Below, piece by piece: positions 55,101 through 64,000 of a stretch of 64,000 nucleotides of DNA. Both the position numbers and the translations under genes were made by a program. The DNA comes from an uncultured Acidimicrobiaceae bacterium (GTDB lineage Bacteria > Actinomycetota > Acidimicrobiia > Acidimicrobiales > RAAP-2), in assembly GCA_963745665.1 (NCBI GenBank), contig CAVUYE010000003.1:466492-530491 (forward strand), given 5' to 3'. Positions within the stretch are counted from its first letter, which is position 1, and each line of letters opens with the position of its first letter. Under the pieces are notes generated by a model. The model did not search any database and was not told the DNA's origin. It saw nothing but the letters and a program-made list of their open reading frames with translations.

Positions 55101-55690
55101 TCCTGGGCTCGGACCAGTCGGGGCACATCGCCGCCGTCGGGTACGACCTGTACGTGCAGCTGGTGGCCGAGGCGGTGGCGGAGGCCCGGGGTGAGCCCCG
55201 GCCGACGCCGTCCACCGTCTCCATCGACGTGCCGGGCGACGCCCACCTGCCCAAGGACTACGTGGCGGCCGAGGACGCCCGCCTGGAGGCATACCGCCGC
55301 CTGGCCGCTGCCACCACCATCACCGATGTGGACGACATCGGAACCGAATGGGCCGACCGCTACGGGCCGCTCCCGGTTGCGGCCGACGGCCTGCTGGCCC
55401 TGGCCCGGCTGCGGGCAACTGCACTGGCGCGCGGCATCAGCGAGGTGGCGATGAGCTCGGTGCGCGCGGTGAGCGGGCGCCCGCCGACAGTGCGGGTCTC
55501 CCCGGTGGCACTGCCGGCCAGCGCGCAGGTGCGGCTCCGCCGCCTGGTGCCGGGGGCCGCGTACCGGGAGGACCTGGCCCAGCTGCTCGTTCCCATCACC
55601 AACGGGGATTCCGCGCCCGACATGGTGCGAAGCCTCATCGAAGAGTTGCTCCCGTTGGCCGATGTGAGGCCCGGCGGGGACACCTTGTAG
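52106..55690 (+). CDS. mfd: transcription-repair coupling factor
   Basis: Intact 1194-aa ORF with CarD-like and superfamily 2 helicase motifs (GDVGFGKTEVA, DEEQRFG, TATPIPRTL-like TASPIPRTL) and a TRG motif region. Confidence 0.95.
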   Translation: MTTVPPSPLPAPDGPAAPPSATAASLAAVPRLLRGDPALAVLIGAADGTVAVPEAAQAVVVAALAAFTQRTPLLVVTATGLDAERLGDDLSCLIAPAGDETAETGTGPVVGALAGSVTVLPAWETLPFERVSPEIETMGRRLAVLHALTGTPDPALPPPPRVIVAPVRALLQRLGPLQGTAPIVVHPGQQVDVAELLPALVAMGYRREHQVEHRGEFAVRGGIVDVFPSTADVPVRIDLWGDEVDRLTAFSVSDQRSSHDLRAVALYGSRELVVTPALRDAARVLETRRPWGAAVWAHLAEGEQFDGMESWLPFLDGAARVLPDLLPAGAQVVLVEPRRIRDRGMQLLDEEAALAETLASTWGAKEGEEESFPRLHVPFDRLLRESAAGVTALPPVPEGPDTAALTVRRFDPVAGDPARLAAGVTALAGRGYAVTLCAATAAGAGRLSAGLAAEGVHAPVLAAAPGSPGVCVVAAPLTSGFILPEAKVAVLSETDVTGRRVPHRRARPRARAADGFFDDLEAGSFVVHRQHGVARFEGVTTRTMGGTTRDYLILQYRGSDRLYLPVEQIEAITPYTGGESPTLSKMGGADWQRTRAKARAAASEVAAELVELYRRRLAVEGRAFGPDTPWQTEMEASFGFVETEDQLKAIADVKADMEEPRPMDRLVCGDVGFGKTEVALRAAFKAVQDGTQAAVLAPTTLLASQHAQTFADRFAPYPVRVELLSRFLSSAQQRQVVQGLADGSVDVVVGTHRLLAQDVQFKDLGLLVVDEEQRFGVSHKEAVKRMTEGVDVLTLTASPIPRTLEMALTGIRDLSMVNTPPADRRPILTYVGEQDPSAISEALRREMLREGQAFYVHNRVSDIDRVARDIRAMVPEARVAVAHGQMDEGTLETVVLDFWERRYDVLVCTTIIESGIDMPSVNTLIVDRADLLGLGQLHQIRGRVGRSGQRAYAYLFHPVDRVLSEQAYERLRTIGEHTELGSGFKIAMRDLEIRGAGNLLGSDQSGHIAAVGYDLYVQLVAEAVAEARGEPRPTPSTVSIDVPGDAHLPKDYVAAEDARLEAYRRLAAATTITDVDDIGTEWADRYGPLPVAADGLLALARLRATALARGISEVAMSSVRAVSGRPPTVRVSPVALPASAQVRLRRLVPGAAYREDLAQLLVPITNGDSAPDMVRSLIEELLPLADVRPGGDTL

Positions 55691-55702
55691 AGTGCGCGGC
55701 GC

Positions 55703-56884
55703 GTGAAGCGACTCATCGCCCTCCTCGTCGTCATGTGCGGTGGCCTCGCCGCGGCCGCCTTCCTCGTGCCGTCGGACGCGGCGACCGTCAACGGCACCAG
55801 CATCAGCCAGCAAGACCTCAACTCGGACCTGCACGCCATCGCCAGCAGCGCGTACTACCAGTGCTACCTCAACTCCCAGGCCTACCTGTCGTCGAGCGGG
55901 ACCGAGCAGCTGGCGCCGGTCGTCGGTGCCGGCACGGGGCAGTACGCCGGGGACCACCCCACCACCACCAGCGCCTTCACGGCCAGCTACCTCTCGACCG
56001 AGATCGGCCACCAGCTCTTGCTACAGGTCGCCGACGAGCGCCACGCCACGGTGACGCAGGCCGACCTGGTGACGGCCCGCTCCGACCTGACCCAGCAGAT
56101 CTCGAGCGTGATGTCGCAGATCCTCCAGACCCAGCAGGGCCAGGACGTGAGCTACGGCTGCAGCCTCACGGGCCAGGCGCTCACCGGGACGCAGGTCCTC
56201 GACTCCTTGCCGTCCTCGTTCGTGGACGAGCAGGTCCAGTTCGTGGCCACGGCAACAGTGCTGCAGGAGGACCTGTCGGGCGTCGGTTCGAGCGACGCGG
56301 ACTTGGAGCGCTACTACGCGGCGCACCACGCCGAATTCGACACGGTGTGCCTCAGCGCGGCCGTCTTCTCGAGCGAGAGCGCGGCCCAGGACGCCGCCGC
56401 CCAGGTGGCCTTCGGCACCCCGTTCGCCACCGTGGCGTCGAACACCGCCAGTGCCGGCGGCGGCGCGCAGGGTTGTCACGTGCTGACCGAGCTGGAGTCG
56501 GCGTTGCCCTCGAGCGCCGATCTCACGACACTGGCAACCGGCGCGGTCTCCGCGCCGGTCGAGGACAACGGCATGTACGTGTTGCTGCAGATCACGTCGC
56601 GCACGCCCACGCCCTACAGCAACGCGAAGGCGGACGTGGCCAACGCCGTGCAGCAGAAGGGCTCATCGGCGATTGAGAAGGTGCTGACGGCCGACGAGCG
56701 CCGTTCCTCGGTCAGCGTCAACCCGCAGTACGGCGTCTGGGTGCCGGTCAACGCGACCGTGCTCACACCCTTCTCTCCGGACCCGGCCGACGTGCTCAAC
56801 GCCACGGCCAACGTGGGCCGGACGGCGCCGGCGTCGGTGTCCGGCTCGGCGGCGACCGGGTCGTCTCTCCCGTCCGGCGGCTGA
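55703..56884 (+). CDS. secreted SurA-N/parvulin-like chaperone-type protein
   Basis: Signal or anchor sequence MKRLIALLVVMCGGLAAAAFL. It sits after mfd, where actinobacteria commonly carry a SurA-like/PPIase gene. The domain call is tentative. Confidence 0.5.
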   Translation: MKRLIALLVVMCGGLAAAAFLVPSDAATVNGTSISQQDLNSDLHAIASSAYYQCYLNSQAYLSSSGTEQLAPVVGAGTGQYAGDHPTTTSAFTASYLSTEIGHQLLLQVADERHATVTQADLVTARSDLTQQISSVMSQILQTQQGQDVSYGCSLTGQALTGTQVLDSLPSSFVDEQVQFVATATVLQEDLSGVGSSDADLERYYAAHHAEFDTVCLSAAVFSSESAAQDAAAQVAFGTPFATVASNTASAGGGAQGCHVLTELESALPSSADLTTLATGAVSAPVEDNGMYVLLQITSRTPTPYSNAKADVANAVQQKGSSAIEKVLTADERRSSVSVNPQYGVWVPVNATVLTPFSPDPADVLNATANVGRTAPASVSGSAATGSSLPSGG

Positions 56885-56886
56885 GC

Positions 56887-58332
56887 GTGCCGGGCCGCCC
56901 CCACGTCACGGTGGTGGGCCTCGGGCCGGCCGGTGGCGACCTGGTGGGAGACAACGCCGCCGTGTTGCTGGGGGAGGCGCAAGGGGAGGGGCGGGCGTAC
57001 CTGCGCACGGCCCGCCATCCGGCGGCCGCCGGGTTCGAGGGCCTGCCCGCCTTCGACGACCTCTACGAGTCCGCCGCCACGTTCGACGAGGTCTACAGCG
57101 GCATCGTCGAGGCCCTCGTCGCGGCAGCGCGGGCGGCGGCGCCCGCCGGCGTCGTCTACGCCGTGCCCGGATCGCCACTGGTGGCCGAGCGCACCGTCGA
57201 TCTCCTGCGCGCCGACGACCGTGTCGAGCTGTCCGTCCTCCCGGCCCTCTCCTTCTTGGACCTGGCCTGGGCGGCCCTCGGGATCGACCCCCTGGCCGAA
57301 GGCGTGCGCCTGGTCGACGCCGGCGTGTTCGAGGCGGCGGCCGGAGGGGGCGGCCCTCTCCTGGTGGCCCAGTGCTGGTCGCGCCACCTGCTCTCCGAGG
57401 TCAAGCTGGCGGTCCCCGACGACGGGCGGGAGCTGCCGCGGCCGGTCCTCTTGCACCATCTCGGGCTCGAGGACGAGGTGGTGGTGGGGGTCGACTGGTG
57501 GGAGCTCGACCGCACGCTGGAGCCCGACCACCTGACCTCGCTCTACCTTCCGGCCCTCGTGGTGGCCGACGGCCGTGCCGCCGGCGCCGAAGTGGCACGG
57601 CTGGTCGCCCTCATGGACACGCTGCGCGCCCGCTGCCCGTGGGACTCGGCCCAGACCCACGCGTCCCTGATGCCCCACCTCGTCGAGGAGAGCTACGAGG
57701 TGCTCGACGCCCTGGCCGGCCTCACCGAGGGTCAGGCCGGCGCGGCTGCGTTCCTGCACCTGCAAGAGGAGTTGGGCGATCTGTTGTTCCAGATCGTCTT
57801 CCACGCCCGCCTGGCCGACGAAGCCGGGCAGTTCGACCTGGCCGATGTGGCGCGTGGCGTGCACGACAAGCTCGTGCACCGGCACCCGCACGTGTTCGGC
57901 GACGTCGACGCCGACACCGCGGAACAGGTCGTCAACAACTGGGAGGCGATCAAGAAGAGCGAGAAGGGCCGGAGCAGCGTCACTGAGGGCATTCCGGCGG
58001 CGCTTCCCGCACTCATGCTCACGACCAAACTGGCGCGCAAGGCGCGGGCCGTAGGCCTGGAGCCCGGCGACACGAGCGCCGAGCAGATCGCGACGACGCT
58101 GGCCGAGCTGACCCGGCGCGCCGAGGCGGCCGAACCGCAGTCCGACGATCCGCTGGCGGGCGAGGGCGGCGAGCTGCAGGTGGCGTTGGGGGACGTGCTC
58201 TTCGCCGTGGCCACCCTGGCCCAGCGGCTCGGTGTCGACGCGGAACAGGCGCTGCGCGAGCGCGCGTTGTCCTTGCGGGCGGACATCCTCGACGCGGAAG
58301 GCGTCCCCGAAGACGAGGTGGGCAACCGCTAA
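56887..58332 (+). CDS. mazG: MazG nucleoside-triphosphate pyrophosphohydrolase fused to N-terminal tetrapyrrole-methylase-like domain (YabN type)
   Basis: 481-aa ORF. The N-terminus reads VTVVGLGPAG...AVPGSPLVAERT. The MazG repeats are CPWDSAQTHASL...EESYEV and EELGDLLFQ. Confidence 0.8.
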   Translation: MPGRPHVTVVGLGPAGGDLVGDNAAVLLGEAQGEGRAYLRTARHPAAAGFEGLPAFDDLYESAATFDEVYSGIVEALVAAARAAAPAGVVYAVPGSPLVAERTVDLLRADDRVELSVLPALSFLDLAWAALGIDPLAEGVRLVDAGVFEAAAGGGGPLLVAQCWSRHLLSEVKLAVPDDGRELPRPVLLHHLGLEDEVVVGVDWWELDRTLEPDHLTSLYLPALVVADGRAAGAEVARLVALMDTLRARCPWDSAQTHASLMPHLVEESYEVLDALAGLTEGQAGAAAFLHLQEELGDLLFQIVFHARLADEAGQFDLADVARGVHDKLVHRHPHVFGDVDADTAEQVVNNWEAIKKSEKGRSSVTEGIPAALPALMLTTKLARKARAVGLEPGDTSAEQIATTLAELTRRAEAAEPQSDDPLAGEGGELQVALGDVLFAVATLAQRLGVDAEQALRERALSLRADILDAEGVPEDEVGNR

Positions 58333-60246
<1,914 letters not shown>

Positions 60247-60250
<4 letters not shown>

Positions 60251-60738
60251 GCCGAGTGGAGGATGCCCGGGCGACGTCGCCGGGAGCCGGCGCCGATGCG
60301 GCCGCCGTCGCGCAGCTTCTCGGCCGCGACCCCGGGGGGGCCTTCACGGTGGTGGTGCGCGCCGACGACGGCCGCCCCGTGGTGATCGCCAACGAGCCCT
60401 TCCTGCGCGACGGGACACCCATGCCGACGCGGTACTGGTTGGTCGACCCCGAGTTGCGCGTCCTCGTCGGCCGGCTCGAAGCGGCCGGTGGGGTGCGGGA
60501 GGCCGAGGAACAGGTGGACGCCACGGCCCTGGCCGAGGCCCATCGCCGCTATGCCGCCGAACGCGATGCCCTGATTCCGGGCGACTGGACCGGGCCACGC
60601 CCGAGCGGGGGGGTAGGAGGCACGCGCCAGGGAGTCAAGTGCCTGCATGCCCACGTGGCCTGGTGGCTGGCCGGCGGGGACGATGTCGTCGGGGCGTGGG
60701 CGGCGGAGCGGCTGGGCCTGACCCGGCGGGAGGCCTGA
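60247..60738 (+). CDS. DUF501 domain protein
   Basis: 163-aa ORF with the motifs PMPTRYWLV and GVKCLHAHVAWWLAGG. It holds the conserved position between ftsB and ppx. Confidence 0.75.
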
Positions 60739-60751
60739 GCGCGCACGCTCT

Positions 60752-61720
60752 GTGATACTCGGCGGGGTGAAAGGGCACGACGCGCTCGCTGCGCTCGACT
60801 GCGGCACGAACTCCACCCGTCTGCTCGTGGTGGGCGCGTCAGGCGACGTGCGCGCCCGGGAGATGACGATCACCCGCCTCGGTGAGGGCGTCGACGCCAC
60901 CCATCGACTGCGGCCGGAAGCCATTGAGCGCACGTTTGCCGCGCTGCGCGCCTATCGCGGCATCATGGATGCCGAGGGGGTCGGACCCGCCCGCCTCGTG
61001 GCGACGTCGGCCGTGCGGGACGCGACCAACGGAGAGGAGTTTCTTCTCCCGGCCGGCGACATCGTCGGCGCGCCGGCTGAGCTGCTGTCCGGACAGGAGG
61101 AGGGCCGGCTCTCCTACGCGGGAGCGACCGCCGACCTGCCGGACCGAGGTGGCCGTGTCGTCGTGGTCGACATCGGCGGGGGGTCGACCGAGCTGGCCAC
61201 CGATACGGGCGGCGAGGTCCGCTCGTTCTCCATGGAGATCGGCTGTGTGCGCCTCACCGAACGTTTCTTGCGCAGTGACCCGCCGACCGCACCCGAGGTG
61301 GCCGATGCCGTCCGCGCCATCGGGGCTGCGCTGGCGGCGGCGGAGCAGAAGATCCCCCAGCTGGCCAACCTCGGCCCGGCGACCCTCGTGGGGCTGGCGG
61401 GCACCGTGTCGACGTTGGCATCGCTGGAGCTGGGCCTGGTGGCGTACGACCGGGAGCGGATCCACCACGCGGTCCTCACGTTGGAGGCCGTGGAGCGCTG
61501 GTGTGACCTCCTAGGCGCAGAACCGATCGTGGTGCGGTCGCGCCGGACGGGCCTCCCCGAGGGGCGACAAGACGTCATTTTCGCCGGCGCACTGGTGTTC
61601 CGCGAGGTGATGCGCCGGCTCGGATTGGGGGAGTGCATCGTGTCGGAATCCGACATCCTCGACGGCCTGGTCCAGTCCCTGCGCGCGACCGTGGACGAAG
61701 AGCCTGGCTCGCCGGGGTGA
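60752..61720 (+). CDS. Ppx/GppA family phosphatase
   Basis: 322-aa ORF with the motifs LDCGTNSTRLLV, VDIGGGSTE and GLAGT. Confidence 0.85.
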   Translation: MILGGVKGHDALAALDCGTNSTRLLVVGASGDVRAREMTITRLGEGVDATHRLRPEAIERTFAALRAYRGIMDAEGVGPARLVATSAVRDATNGEEFLLPAGDIVGAPAELLSGQEEGRLSYAGATADLPDRGGRVVVVDIGGGSTELATDTGGEVRSFSMEIGCVRLTERFLRSDPPTAPEVADAVRAIGAALAAAEQKIPQLANLGPATLVGLAGTVSTLASLELGLVAYDRERIHHAVLTLEAVERWCDLLGAEPIVVRSRRTGLPEGRQDVIFAGALVFREVMRRLGLGECIVSESDILDGLVQSLRATVDEEPGSPG

Positions 61721-61731
61721 CAGGTTCGCTC

Positions 61732-62895
61732 TCACCGCCTCGAAGGCGAATCCGATCGATCGTGCGCTCGCCGCACGGCAGAAGCCACGGCCGCGAGACG
61801 GCTATCGCCACGATCGACATCAGGTTCCAGCTGCGCGCCCTCTCCCCATTCGTTCCATGAATTGATGAAAACAAGGCGCGCTTCTGGATCTCCGAACCGG
61901 TACGTGTGGTCCACGAGTGCGTCGAGCCAGCGACGAAACTCCTGAGCGGTGTCGTTGACATAGACGGTCGAGCGGGCACCACGACGGGGTGAGTTGTCCC
62001 ACCCCGGCATCGCAGTGCGGAACCAACGGAAGTCGGGCTTTGGCTTTGACAGCGCCCAATTCACCGTTCGCTCGTAGTCGACCAGTGTCCCATTCCATGA
62101 CGTCGGGTCATACAGATCGGGCGGCCCGGGACTGGAGGGATCGATGCTGTTCGTCGGCTCGACCGACCCGTGGGGCGGGAATTCCACCGCTGAGTCGAAT
62201 CCGTAGGGCCCGGGATCAAAGAGATTGAAACTCTGCACCATCGACAGATGGAGGTCGCCGATCCCAATCGTGTGCGCTCGTTCACGGAGCGCGTCAACGG
62301 TTCGGCTCGGCTCATCGAGCAGGTCTGCCCGGTAGATCAGGAGGAGCGGCTTACCGTTGATCTTCACGTATCTCGGATCCGAGAAGTGCTCCGCCAAGTC
62401 GTCGACGATGCGAGGATCACTTTTCGCCGAGTGCCGCTGCTCCATCAGCAGCTCGTCATTTCCACCGTCCCAGACCCGAGACCAGCTCTCATTGGCCCAA
62501 CAGAGGAAATAGCGCACGTTGAGGTCGGACGCTTCCAGCAGAAGCCGGAGGGGCCTCTCCAGCAGACGCCGGCCTCCGAACCAATAGGCGTAGACACAGA
62601 ACGCCGTGATCCCGTGTTGCGATGCCAGGGAATATTGACGTTGCAGCACTTCTGGCCGGTCCAGCGTGTAGTACCCATCGCGTGGAATCTGCGGTTGCAA
62701 ATGGCCTGGATACAGGGGCAGCGCCCGTTGGACCTTCGTCCACTCCGTGAATCCCGTTCCCCACCACTCATTGTTCTCGGCGGTCTCGTAGAACTGGGGC
62801 AGGTAGAAGGCGGCGACTTCGAGATCCGGCGGGGGCGAGGCATGGAGGCCGACCCCAGGCTTCCCCGCCGGAGTGTCTCGTACCGACACGGTCAC
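61732..62895 (-). CDS. WbsX-family protein (paralogue of 48086..49708)
   Basis: ORF 61732..63048 trimmed to the GTG at 62895, with a GTGA overlap with the upstream GT gene. Motifs present: AAFYLPQFYETAENNEWWGTGFTEW, CWANESW and INSWNEWGEGAQLEP. Confidence 0.7.
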   Translation of the reverse strand: MTVSVRDTPAGKPGVGLHASPPPDLEVAAFYLPQFYETAENNEWWGTGFTEWTKVQRALPLYPGHLQPQIPRDGYYTLDRPEVLQRQYSLASQHGITAFCVYAYWFGGRRLLERPLRLLLEASDLNVRYFLCWANESWSRVWDGGNDELLMEQRHSAKSDPRIVDDLAEHFSDPRYVKINGKPLLLIYRADLLDEPSRTVDALRERAHTIGIGDLHLSMVQSFNLFDPGPYGFDSAVEFPPHGSVEPTNSIDPSSPGPPDLYDPTSWNGTLVDYERTVNWALSKPKPDFRWFRTAMPGWDNSPRRGARSTVYVNDTAQEFRRWLDALVDHTYRFGDPEARLVFINSWNEWGEGAQLEPDVDRGDSRLAAVASAVRRAHDRSDSPSRR

Positions 62896-64000
62896 GACGG
62901 CAGCGTGAGACCCATCTCTTCGATGGCCTGCGCGATCCGCAAATGGAATTGTTCGGCGGAGAACTGGTCGGAGCTGTCCATGATGCTCTGACTCAGCGCC
63001 GTGGAACCGCGCGGATCCTCGAAGAGGGATTCGACGATGTCCACACATTCGTCGAGCGTGCGAAAACCTGTGTCACAGCCGAGCTGGGCGACTACGTCCT
63101 TCGGCCCACCACCGGCGAAGACCACCGGGATGCAGCCGAAGCTGGCGGCTTCCACCGGAGTGATGCCGAAGTGCTCCATCTGCTCGGGGAACTCGAGCTC
63201 GTCCACTCCCATTCCGGCGGCGTGAATGAGGACGGCTGCACTCGCATAGAGATCGGCCAAACTGTCGCGGCTTATGTTCGGGTAGAACGAGCAGTCGAGG
63301 CCTTCCGCCATGTCCTGCAGATCCTTGAATCGCTCTCTTCCCTCGGCGGTTGGATGAATCGATCCCGCCAATGCGAGCTCGAGGCCCGGTCGTCGCTCGT
63401 CCAGAGTGCGAAAGGCGTTGATGACCGCGTCCTGCCGCTTGTTGTGTCCTCCGGCGAAAAAGCGGCCGACGGTCAGGATCTTTCTCCTGTCCTTCCATGG
63501 CGGCCCGCTCCGGGCTCCGGCCCATTGGGCCGGGGGCGGGACGATCCGGATGGGAGGAGCCGGGAGGTCGTAGAGACGGATCAGGCCGTTGACATGTCTA
63601 CGAACGAATGGCGAGTAGACCCAGATCTCACTGAAATCGCCGAGCAGGTGCCCGTATCGTTCCACCTCCTCGTCGGGCACCGAGAAGGGGAACTGGAGGA
63701 GGTAGACACTCCGAAGTCCGAAGGGCTCCGTGGGGGGCACAATCGAATTGCCGAGAATCACCGCGAACTGACAGTCCGATCGATCGACCTCGGCGAATGG
63801 TTGGGGCGTGGCCACCGACCGCGTGAAGCCGAACGTCGAGGAGATCTGGGCCATCCGAACGGAGCTGTACGGGTGCGGCGTGCCGAAGACGACTGCGTCC
63901 ACTCCAGCCCTGGACGTCAGGAAGGAGGCCAACTCGAACATGACCCGCTCCCCACCGCCGGGCACAAGGGGATACGGCGAGTAGAGAACGTAGGGCGGTC
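62892..64000 (-). CDS. glycosyltransferase family 4/1 (GT-B), 5' end beyond window
   Basis: The frame is open to the window edge (...YSPYPLVPGGGERVMFELASFL...). The C-terminal E-x7-E region is EHFGITPVEAASFGCIPVV. Confidence 0.75.
   Translation of the reverse strand, partial: PPYVLYSPYPLVPGGGERVMFELASFLTSRAGVDAVVFGTPHPYSSVRMAQISSTFGFTRSVATPQPFAEVDRSDCQFAVILGNSIVPPTEPFGLRSVYLLQFPFSVPDEEVERYGHLLGDFSEIWVYSPFVRRHVNGLIRLYDLPAPPIRIVPPPAQWAGARSGPPWKDRRKILTVGRFFAGGHNKRQDAVINAFRTLDERRPGLELALAGSIHPTAEGRERFKDLQDMAEGLDCSFYPNISRDSLADLYASAAVLIHAAGMGVDELEFPEQMEHFGITPVEAASFGCIPVVFAGGGPKDVVAQLGCDTGFRTLDECVDIVESLFEDPRGSTALSQSIMDSSDQFSAEQFHLRIAQAIEEMGLTLPS

Overview
This is a 64-kb high-GC chromosomal segment of Actinomycetota type. 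I call about 60 protein genes and one tRNA-Gln. I saw no rRNA, CRISPR array, transposase or integrase.

Layout:
- 0-12.5 kb: fatty-acid and xenobiotic metabolism plus small regulators. These are a crotonase, an acyl-CoA ligase, a phosphotriesterase-like protein, a GNAT, two AhpD-like proteins, a P450, a C69-like Ntn hydrolase, HdeD, FAH, a cNMP-binding protein, a NifU-like protein, MarR+MFS and a CBS protein.
- 12.5-23.6 kb: an acyl-CoA dehydrogenase, an MgtE-sensor-like protein plus NRAMP, a GT4/methyltransferase/prenyltransferase-like/methyltransferase cassette, and pepN. Seven of these eight genes are broken by single-base frameshifts in the sequence as given.
- 23.6-42.4 kb and 50.7-61.7 kb: a housekeeping block. 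From memory it is colinear with M. tuberculosis Rv1007c-Rv1026 (metG, tatD, cell-wall hydrolase slot, rsmA, ispE ... glmU, prs | rplY, pth, mfd, mazG, eno, ftsB, DUF501, ppx). It includes two tiny actinobacterial ribosomal proteins, bL37 and bS22, that fall below the ORF-track cutoff.
- 42.4-50.7 kb and 61.7 kb to the window end: two visibly lower-GC glycan-biosynthesis islands that interrupt the housekeeping block.

Most noteworthy observations:
1. A pore-less MgtE-type sensor protein is translationally coupled to an NRAMP that lacks the canonical Asn/Met metal ligands.
2. There is a dense frameshift zone.
3. There is a GT4-MT-(alpha/alpha)6-MT cassette of unknown product.
4. GlmU lacks its acetyltransferase active-site half.
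5. An RlpA-like protein with a long AT-rich leader sits in the rpfB slot.

All family calls come from reading the translations by eye. No searches were run.
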